The notes beneath the pieces were generated by a model. The model was not told the origin of the DNA and searched no databases. It saw only the letters and a list, made by a program, of their open reading frames with translations. From Chloropicon primus (Eukaryota): DNA of 64,000 bases. The position numbers and the translations under genes were made by a program. How positions within the stretch are numbered: the stretch's first letter is position 1; each line of letters starts with the position of its first letter. Below are positions 55,759 to 64,000 of the stretch, piece by piece. Location: positions 434,001 to 498,000 of the forward strand of contig CP060762.1 of the NCBI GenBank assembly GCA_023205875.1, written 5' to 3'.

Positions 55759-56254
55759 TTGTCCTTAGACAATCCAATCCCTCTTCCTCTGGGCACCGGA
55801 TCGATCCAGAAAACAGTGTCCATGCCAAGCGTAGCATCCCCATTTTCTTAAGGAACTCCCACCATCCTCTCAGTGTAACCCTCTCCTCCTCCTCTCCTCC
55901 TCCTCCTCTCCTCGCTCCAGCTGGTGTCCTCCTCCCTTTGGATTGTCCTTAAGACAATCCCTCTTCCTCTGGGCACCGGATCGATCCAGAAAACAGTGTC
56001 CATGCCAAGCGTAGCATCCCCATTTTCTTAAGGAACTCCCACCATCCTCTCAGTGTAACCCTCTCCTCCTCCTCTCCTCCTCCTCCTCTCCTCGCTCCAG
56101 CTGGTGTCCTCCTCCCTTTGGATTGTCCTTAAGACAATCCCTCTTCCTCTGGGCACCGGATCGATCCAGAAAACAGTGTCCATGCCAAGCGTAGCATCCC
56201 CATTTTCTTAAGGAACTCCCACCATCCTCTCAGTGTAACCCTCTCCTCCTCCTC
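55759..56254. repeat. Tandem repeat, about 2.7 copies, period exactly 180 bp
   Basis: Lines starting at 55801, 55981 and 56161 are identical. Confidence 0.97.
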
Positions 56255-56397
56255 CTCTCCTCTCCTCCTCTCCTCCTCTCCTCTCCTCCTCTCCCTCTCC
56301 TCGTCCTCGCTCCTCGCTCGCTGGCTCCCTAAAGCTGAGGGCGGGCGGCGCAAGGCCAAGGTGAGGAGCGGAACTCAGCACCTTCCCTTTCGAGATA

Positions 56398-56429
<32 letters not shown>

Positions 56430-56827
56430 GAGGACAGGGAACACCTCTTAATGTCAACCGCCTCCTCCCTCTCTCCACACTCGCAACTCTCTCTCTCTCT
56501 CCTCGTCGCTGACCTTTTTTTTTTTTGGCTCGCCTTGCCATGGCCATGGGGTATGGTTTGTTGCTGGTGTTGTTGGGATGCGATGGGATGGGAGGACAGT
56601 GGACAGAGGAGGAGCGAACCGAACGGTGACGGTGCTGGAGGAGTGAAGCGGGACGTCCGCCTTTGCGCTCTGGACGTCCGAATTCATTTCATTTATTCAT
56701 TTCGTGGAGGGAGTTGGGTTGCATCGAAGCAGTTGAGTTTTGAATCGAGGAGGACAGGGAGGGGAGGGAGAGTGTGCCGGAGAAGGTTAGAGAGAGAGAG
56801 AGAGAGGGCTGTGGGGTTTGTCTGAGG

Positions 56828-58162
56828 ATGGGGAAGAAGAGAACGAAGGGGCAAGTCACCCAAGGGTTGGGTGAGGATTTTGTGGGCAGTGGTGGTGGGG
56901 ATGAGGACAGCCCAGGGAAGCGAGTGAAGCTGAATAGGAAGGGAAAGGTTCAGAAGCTGAGGCCAGGGATTGAGAAGAATATTTCGAAGCTGGACCACCT
57001 GAAGCTGAAGAAGGATGGGGAGGCCAACGGGGGGTCGATATCGGACGCGTATCAGAGCAAGTTCGCGCGAGGCTTGGCGTCCACGGACTGGCACACGAGG
57101 GAGAGGGCCCTGCGTGCGTTCGAGGACTGGCTGTCCTCGTCCGAGGAGGTGGAGTCCGAAGGCTTGAGAAAGATGTGGAAAGGTCTTTACTACTGCTTCT
57201 GGCACTCGGACAAGGTCCCGGTGCAGCAGGAGCTCGCGAAGAGGCTCGCGGATCTGGTCTGCAGCGTGGAGCAGCACGACGTGGCGCTGACGTTCTGGGA
57301 GACCTTTTTAGACACAATGGCGAGGGAGTGGAGCTCGATAGACAGACTGCGGCTGGACAAATTCATGAGCCTGGTGAGGATGTTCATCCACGCCTGCTTG
57401 AAGAGGCTCTGCAAGCTGGAGTGGCACCCAGAGGTTGTCGTTCCGATGTGGGAGGTGTTCGGGGCAAACCTCCTGAAAGTGAACGAGGTCGGAAGCGGAA
57501 TGGCCACGTCAGGGCTGGCCCTCCACATGACTTCCGTCTTCGTGGACGAGCTCGAGCAGGTATGCGCCGGCCAGACCGAGGGCGAGGGCGGGGGAGACCT
57601 CGGCCACGACCTGCCGGACACCATCCCCTCAGACGTCCTCTCCTTCCTCGTGGAGCCCTTCAGGATCCTCCTGTGCACGAACAACAGCAAGGCGCTGCTG
57701 AAGAGGGTGATGGTATCGGTGTACGCCAAGCTCACCCAAAAGTGCACCAGGTGCATGAAGGAGATGGAGTCGAACGCCTCGTCGGAGGAGGTGAAGAAGG
57801 GGTACCCCTTCGTGCAGCTGGACGCTCTGGAGATGGCCCAGGAGCTCTTCAACGTGGCTGCGGACGCGTCCATCGCTAGGAATAACAGGGACATGATCTA
57901 CGACGTCATCGCCTTGCTGGAGGAGCTCGTGGACTACCAGAAGACCTCTGGCCTGTTTTTCAACAGCACTCCCGCGAGCCCCGTGACGCCGTCAGACTCT
58001 AAGGGGAGCAAGAGGAGCAAGAAGAGCAAGAAGAAGAAGAAGAAGGGAGTCGTGTTCGACATGGACAAAAACCAGTACTTCATGTTCAGGAAGAAGGACG
58101 CGGTGGAAGTGCAGCGGTCCCCCTCCGCCCACAGACCTCTGAAAGGCATTATAAAATGCTAA
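56828..58162 (+). CDS. RRP1: rRNA processing protein Rrp1/Nop52
   Basis: KMWKGLYYCFWHSDKVPVQ, REWSSIDRLRLDKFMSLVR. Confidence 0.9.
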   Translation: MGKKRTKGQVTQGLGEDFVGSGGGDEDSPGKRVKLNRKGKVQKLRPGIEKNISKLDHLKLKKDGEANGGSISDAYQSKFARGLASTDWHTRERALRAFEDWLSSSEEVESEGLRKMWKGLYYCFWHSDKVPVQQELAKRLADLVCSVEQHDVALTFWETFLDTMAREWSSIDRLRLDKFMSLVRMFIHACLKRLCKLEWHPEVVVPMWEVFGANLLKVNEVGSGMATSGLALHMTSVFVDELEQVCAGQTEGEGGGDLGHDLPDTIPSDVLSFLVEPFRILLCTNNSKALLKRVMVSVYAKLTQKCTRCMKEMESNASSEEVKKGYPFVQLDALEMAQELFNVAADASIARNNRDMIYDVIALLEELVDYQKTSGLFFNSTPASPVTPSDSKGSKRSKKSKKKKKKGVVFDMDKNQYFMFRKKDAVEVQRSPSAHRPLKGIIKC

Positions 58163-58582
58163 GATTCTATTAAATATATAGTACCTGAAACAAAACAAAA
58201 CAAAACAAAACAAAACAAAACCACCTATAGCATAGCATTGCTTGGAAAGACTTTGCCCGACTCGATCTAACACACATGACGGACGAACGAAGAACGAACG
58301 GGAGTCGGGGCTGGGATCAACCCAAGGCAAGGCAAGGCAAGCCAAGACCAAGGCCTTTCCTTCCAATCCAATCCCCACGTGTGAGTGATATGATATGATG
58401 ATCTTTTCGGTGTACGCTTGAGATCCTCCATCAGCCTCCCGTTTTATCTTGAAGGAGCAGAGGCGGCTATTCTGGTTGGTTGGTTCGCTCAAAACTCAAA
58501 CGCAAAGCCACGGTGACGAGTGTCGAAAGCAATTCCCACCCCAGAGGCTTCCGTCATCAACCTTCCGACGAGGTTCACCACC

Positions 58583-60181
58583 ATGTCGCAACTCGGAGCA
58601 AAGTGCTGGCAGGCGCGAACGAACAACGGTTGCTTGCCCACGTGCTCGCCCAAGGGCAGTGGCCAAACCAAAAGATGGTACGTAACGCCAAGGGAAGGCC
58701 ACGAGTTCCTCGCGTGTTCACGTCTCTGACCTCTCTCGCACTTCTTCGTCCTCGCTCCCTTACCGGATGGTTTTCGCTTACTCTTCACCAAATGGTTTTT
58801 TTCGTTTGCTCTTCGGTTGGCATGGCATGGCATGGCACAACCAACAACCAACAGGAGGGAGAGAGAGGTCTGTCGTTACGTGGTGTGTCGGGCCGGGGCG
58901 AGTGGGAAGGGTGAGAGCGTGAGAGCGGCAAGCGTGTCGGACATGTCGTCCTCGCCCTCCCCAGTGGATGCCGGGAACGGTGCTGGTGCCAGGCCGCTGT
59001 TCGAAAGCAGCGGGACGGACTGCGTGCACCGAGCAGAGAGGAAGGGGAGGCCAAAGATAACGGACTCTTTGACCACGCCGATCGTTCAGACGAGCACGTA
59101 CTGGTTCAAGGACACGGAGGAGCTGATCGAGTACCAGGAGGGGCGGTACAAGAGCTACGAGTATGGGAGGTACGGCAACCCGACCGTGCGAGTGTGCGAG
59201 GAGAAGATTGCGGAGCTCGAGAAGGCGGAGGAGTGCCTGGTGTCCAGCAGCGGAATGAACACGGCGACCACCATGCTCCTGGCCCTCGTCCCGCAGCACG
59301 GACACATCGTGACGACGACTGATTGCTACAGGAGGACGAGGCAGTTCATACAGACCTTCCTCGGCACGAAGATGAACGTCACCGCCACCGTATTGGACCC
59401 GAGCGACCTCGAAGGCTTGGAAAAGGCCCTGACTGAGAACGAGGTGACCCTCTACTTCTCGGAGTCCCCGACGAATCCCTACCTGAGGTGCATCGACATT
59501 CCGACCGTCAGCAAGCTTTGCAGAGACAACGGCGCCCTCTGCGTCGTGGACGGGACTTTCGCCACCCCGGTGAACCAGAAGCCGCTGGAGCTGGGGGCGG
59601 ACTTGGTCATCTCATCGGGGACCAAGTACATGGCCGGCCACAACGACGTGCTCTGCGGGTACATCGCGGGCAGCAAGGAGGTCGTGGACCAGGTGAAGCA
59701 CATGCAAAACATCCTCGGAGGCGTCATGGACCCCCACGCCGCGTACCTCCTCCTCAGGGGCATGAAGACCTTGGAGCTTCGAATCGCGAGGCAGAACGAG
59801 AACGGAATGAGGCTCGCGCAGGCGCTGGAGGCGCACCCAAAGGTCAAGGTTGTCCACTACCCCGGACTCGCCTCGCACCCCGACCACGAGAACGCGAAGA
59901 ACCAGATGAGGGGGTACGGGGGAGTTGTGAGCTTTGAGGTTGACGGAGACTTGTGGCAGACTGCCAAGGTCATCGACAGCGTCAAGCTGCCTTACATTGC
60001 CCCCTCCCTCGGCGGAGTCGAGTCCCTCATCGAGCAGCCCACGGTCGTGTCCTACTGGGACCAAGGACCCGAGCAGAGGGCGAAGATAGGCATAAAGGAT
60101 TCGCTCATCCGATATGCTTGTGGGATCGAGAACTTTGAGGACCTTTGGGAGGACCTCTCTCAGGCTTTGGACACTGTGTGA
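58583..60181 (+). CDS. CGS: Plastid cystathionine gamma-synthase; exons 58583-58677, 58855-60181
   Basis: YGRYGNPT, DCYRRTR, ESPTNP, SGTKYMAGHND, APSLGGVESL; first exon inferred from GTACGT..CAG. Confidence 0.9.
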
Positions 60182-60279
60182 TGGTGGCAAGGAGAATAAC
60201 AACGCGCTTGAAAACGATTGTAAAAAACGATTGTTCCACATCATATACATACATACACACACACGTTCTCTCTTTCTCT

Positions 60280-60786
60280 CTACGACGGCGACGGCGACGG
60301 CGACGACGCTTCCTCCTCGCGTTTCGCCAAGTAGGCGTTGAACTTGCTCAAGTGGCCGCGGACTCGGACGATCCCCTTGGGCGAAAGCATGGAGTTGTGA
60401 GTGACCACCTCGACCGAGCCGCCCTGGCCCAAAGAATAGACGAAGACGAACTTGGCGTGCACCTCCACGATCGACGTGGAAAGCAACTTGGAGATCTTGT
60501 AGTACCCCGCGAACGCGGCGTGGTCCTTGCCGATTCGGTGCACGGTGGCCTCGCTCGGCTGGGTCCGAAAGCTCACGCTCAGGTGCCGTGCGTCCTTGAA
60601 GAGATTCTCGAACGCGATTTTGATCTCACCAGCTCCCCTTCGCATGCCACGGCCCGCCTCGTCACTCCACGCTGGAGAGAAAACCGCGTCGGAGGCGTAA
60701 ATTGACAAGACCTTACCCAAGTCCCTCCTCCGCACGCCGTCCGTGAACACCTGCACGCTCCGTGCGACGTCCTCGACCAAGCCCAT
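60280..60786 (-). CDS. NTF2/SnoaL-like protein (COG4875 / iota-carbonic-anhydrase-like fold)
   Basis: IYASDAVFSP, AGYYKI, VHAKFVFVY, VVTHNSMLSP. Confidence 0.6.
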   Translation of the reverse strand: MGLVEDVARSVQVFTDGVRRRDLGKVLSIYASDAVFSPAWSDEAGRGMRRGAGEIKIAFENLFKDARHLSVSFRTQPSEATVHRIGKDHAAFAGYYKISKLLSTSIVEVHAKFVFVYSLGQGGSVEVVTHNSMLSPKGIVRVRGHLSKFNAYLAKREEEASSPSPSPS

Positions 60787-61284
60787 CGTCAGTGCCACAA
60801 AACAAACTTCGAGGAACCTCCTCTAACGCCCATCGCTTCAAAGGGAGGAGCGCGAGAGGGACCACTCCTTTTTTGGTCAAACCCTTCAGCCGAGGTATCA
60901 ATCGAAAGCCCTTGAGACGCGCTTCCGTTCTTTCCACACCTCCTCCCCTTCGCCGTCCCCGTCCGTGCACAAAGTCCTCGACAACAACACCTTCCCTCTC
61001 CCCGTCATGCGCCGACGAACCCGGGCGTTAATGTCCACACATTTTTTCAACTCCTTTTCGCGCGAGGAAATCCTGCAGGAGGGGGACTCCTGCCGAACCA
61101 GAGGGAGGGAGTAAGGGAACGAGGGCAAGAGTGGACGAGAGAAAGGGGGGTAGAGAGACAAGGAGCCAAGGAAGGACTTGCTTGCTTTCTCAAGCCAAAG
61201 AGATCAAAACAATAAGTAGCAAAAACAAATATGAAGTAAAATGGAAAATGAGAATGAGGAGACGCCTCCTGAGCTCAGCCGTCA

Positions 61285-62538
61285 TCACTGGTTCTGCTCG
61301 ATCCAAGCGACCATCTCCCAGTGGCGATTGAGTGCCGCCACGCGCCTGCAGTACTCTGGGTTCCAGGGGCAAGGCGGGTCCTGGCTTCGAATCCACTGCA
61401 GAGCGTGGAGGAGGCCCCTGCGAGCTGCCAATGCACAAGTCCTCTCGCCCCAGGGTTGAGGCGGATTCCAGCTTCGAACGGCTTCCGTGTCGTTGTTCCA
61501 AGGACGACGGTTTGGGCGGCGTGTGCGAAGCCAATGATCCATGGCGAGGCCATGGCCCCCCAAGTCTTGGCGAGGCCTGCGGCGAGGGGTCGGGGCAGGT
61601 CGGTGAGAGGACCTCTCCTCGATCCACCTGATTACGGCCAAGTGCCTGCCAATCCTCGCCTTCCTGAGGCAGATCTCGGGGTCCCACCTGCAAGGCGGGC
61701 TGCGACTTCGAAGCCACTGCAGGATTTCGAGGTGCCCACCGCCGGCCGCTTCCGCGCAAGTGAACCCGTCCCAAGGGCAAGGGGGATCCTGGCTTCGGAG
61801 CCACTTGAGGATGTGAAGGTGCCCACCTTTCGCGGCGTGGAAGCAAGTCCACTCGTCCCAAGGGCAGGGAGACCCTTGACCGCGGAGCCACTTCAGGATG
61901 TCGAGGTGGCCTCCCGCAGCTGCCTCGAGGCAAGCCTCGGAGCACAGCGGGGCAGGAGGATCCTGGCTACGAAGCCACTTGAGAACATCAAGGTGACCTC
62001 CTCGAGCCGCTTCGCAGCACGTTCGCCAGTTCCACGCGAGGTCCTTCTCGCCCTTGAGCCACTCCAACACCGCGATGTGACCCCCTCCAGCGGCCCCGCT
62101 CAGGCTCGCCCTGCTCGCGTTCCTCGCGCTCAGAGGGATTCCTTGGCTCACCAGCCACTTGACCGCGTTCAGGTTGCCCTGAAAGGAGGCGACGTACAGC
62201 AGGTCGTACTCGTACCAGTGGTTCAAGTACGTGCGGTTGAAGTGCTCCTCCACCCTTTGCCAGCAACGACTGCCCTCCCTCCTGTCGAACGAGCTCCACA
62301 TCCATTTGTACCACCCCAAGGTGAACGAAGGCCTCAGCTCGGACATCCTGTCCTTCCTCAAGTCAGTCTGCGTAATCACCTTCTTCTTCAAGGTGCACTC
62401 GAGAGGGTTCGCTGCTTTCACCGCCTCGAGGAACGTCTTGCAGGTCAACCCAAACGCCAGGCGGTCGTAGGGCTCCAGCTTCCCTGCCACAACGCAGAGA
62501 ACTTCCCACGGCAAGTCCGAAGCGGACTTCCTCCCCAT
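61285..62538 (-). CDS. F-box-like plus ankyrin-repeat protein
   Basis: DLPWEVLCVVAGKL..LTCK; repeats C..AA.GGHL.ILKWLRSQDPPCPW; alternative start 62592. Confidence 0.85.
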   Translation of the reverse strand: MGRKSASDLPWEVLCVVAGKLEPYDRLAFGLTCKTFLEAVKAANPLECTLKKKVITQTDLRKDRMSELRPSFTLGWYKWMWSSFDRREGSRCWQRVEEHFNRTYLNHWYEYDLLYVASFQGNLNAVKWLVSQGIPLSARNASRASLSGAAGGGHIAVLEWLKGEKDLAWNWRTCCEAARGGHLDVLKWLRSQDPPAPLCSEACLEAAAGGHLDILKWLRGQGSPCPWDEWTCFHAAKGGHLHILKWLRSQDPPCPWDGFTCAEAAGGGHLEILQWLRSRSPPCRWDPEICLRKARIGRHLAVIRWIEERSSHRPAPTPRRRPRQDLGGHGLAMDHWLRTRRPNRRPWNNDTEAVRSWNPPQPWGERTCALAARRGLLHALQWIRSQDPPCPWNPEYCRRVAALNRHWEMVAWIEQNQ

Positions 62539-62605
62539 CTTCTGGCGCTTCCTTTCCCTCTCCCTTGTCTCCGTCATCATCATCATCATCATGACTCAAG
62601 ATATC

Positions 62606-62945
62606 GGTCACCAAATCCTCAAACGCGAGGCGTTTCTTTCGACCAAGAGCTCTTTCGAAAGAGGAAACCGTAACGCTTTCGACAGTTCACCTCATCTTCC
62701 GAGCGAAACGCGCGCTTTCGCCGTCCTTCTCCCCCTTTCTTGTCACAAGAAACAATAATCCTCGAAAGTCGAAACAACTGCCTTGCAGACTTTTTCACAA
62801 ACGTGGTCACCAAATCCTCAAACACGAGGCGTTTCTTTCGACCAAGAGCTCTTTCGAAAGAGGAAAGTGTAACGCTTTCGACAGTTTACCTCAATCTCAG
62901 CGCAACGTGCGCTTTCGTCGTCCCTCTCGCCCTTTCTTGTCACAA
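62606..62945. repeat. Diverged tandem duplication, period 199 bp
   Basis: GGTCACCAAATCCTCAAAC at 62606 and 62805; each copy carries the 30-bp motif. Confidence 0.9.
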
Positions 62946-63218
62946 CCTTCCTAAAGTCTGCAGCGAGCGAGAGAGTGAGTCACCTCATCGAGTTTGAAAA
63001 CATTGAAAACAGGTGGATGGAGGGAGAGGAGGTAAGTTGCCGATGACTTTAAGCCGATGGGTGGCACGTTTTTGCGCGCGATGGTTGAGGATTCGGAACC
63101 GCCTTGTCTTGATCTTTCCAACGAGGGTTCACTCGACGGGTTTGACGTCGTAACGAAGGTGCAAGAGACTGAAACGTGAGATGATGTCCTCGTTGGTGAC
63201 GCAGGAGGTGTCCACCCT

Positions 63219-64000
63219 ATGAGTGTGGAGCGGGCAGGAAGGCGGCCGATGAAGCAGACGACGCTGGTTTTCGGTCCGTCTGTGGCTCAGGAGCGCACCG
63301 TGTCGGTCTCTGGCTCGTCCGCGAAGAAGAGGAGGAGAAAGGAGGAGGAAACGGAGGAGGATGCCAAGGATGCCAAGGAGGATGTGTGGGAGGAGGCCAC
63401 GTTCTGGAGTGTGGTGCGGACCCGAAGGACGCAGGAGGCCAAGATGCTGTGCAAGATCGGGACGGAGCTCGTCGTTTCGAGGGATCCCACGAACGAGAAG
63501 GACCCCGAGCATGCGATAAAGCTGGTTGCCGAGTCGAAGACTGTCGGGCACTTGCCCGCCCTGGCAGCAGTCCACCTGAGTGCTCTGCTCGACGGCCCCT
63601 CGCCGCCTTGGGTTGCGAGGGCGACCGTAATCGGGGGCGACAGCGAGGGAAGCGTCGAGCCCATACAAGTGAGGATCAGGTTCAAGCTTGAGGAAGAGTC
63701 GAAAGACGGAGCCGAGCGAAGGAGCTTCCTCGAGTCCGTACTGGCCTCCGCCAGCAAGGGACAAGCGGAGCAGTTCAAGCAAAAGTGCGAGCAGCTTGCG
63801 GGCGCCCTAGACGCTGTCCTGGATTTTTGCGCCAATCGCGCAGCCCACCTCTTCCACGATTGCGAGGTCCGCCTCATGAGGACGGTGAAGGCGCTGCCTC
63901 TGCGGCCCAAGGCTCTTCTTGTGCGGCTCTACATGAGGAAGAGACAATGGTTTCGAGTTGGGTTGCTGAGCCGTTACGTGGAAGTTGGGGACATCGAAGC
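63219..64000 (+). CDS. FAN1: Fanconi-associated nuclease 1 (HIRAN-containing), truncated by window end
   Basis: My translation, absent from the ORF track: HIRAN-like SRDPTNEKDPEHAIKLV..VGHLP, then LLVRLYMRKRQWFR. Confidence 0.75.
   Translation, partial: MSVERAGRRPMKQTTLVFGPSVAQERTVSVSGSSAKKRRRKEEETEEDAKDAKEDVWEEATFWSVVRTRRTQEAKMLCKIGTELVVSRDPTNEKDPEHAIKLVAESKTVGHLPALAAVHLSALLDGPSPPWVARATVIGGDSEGSVEPIQVRIRFKLEEESKDGAERRSFLESVLASASKGQAEQFKQKCEQLAGALDAVLDFCANRAAHLFHDCEVRLMRTVKALPLRPKALLVRLYMRKRQWFRVGLLSRYVEVGDIE

Noticed and set aside
55580..55760. Apparent hairpin from GA-rich then CT-rich tracts
   Set aside because: Low-complexity microsatellites that are abundant throughout the window
63129..63910. 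Minus-strand ORFs at the window end
   Set aside because: Antisense to the FAN1-like frame, which has recognisable motifs

Overview
Gene-dense, GC-rich eukaryotic nuclear DNA with short GT-AG introns and frequent (GA)n/(CT)n tracts. Plastid-targeted genes (Ycf39/HCF244, bL21, Hsp90C, cystathionine gamma-synthase, GyrA) alongside axonemal genes point to a compact-genome green picoalga (prasinophyte-grade, Chloropicon-like; my inference). About 33 protein-coding genes can be supported, mostly housekeeping. No rRNA, tRNA, CRISPR array or transposase was recognised. The most notable items are: (1) a divergent CK2-alpha between two GT29 sialyltransferase-like genes, carrying a 195-bp 5' segment (start codon plus signal/anchor peptide) 194/195 identical to that of the downstream GT29; (2) a fixed-spacing, gene-oriented 30-bp motif (CTTTC..N..GAAG) about 75-130 nt upstream of many start codons; (3) a dispersed intron-like element upstream of three unrelated genes; (4) several tandem and dispersed duplications with unit lengths of about 173-200 bp; (5) a three-exon CDK inhibitor with an animal-like Cip/Kip layout. 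All family assignments come from motifs recognised by eye; no database search was run.
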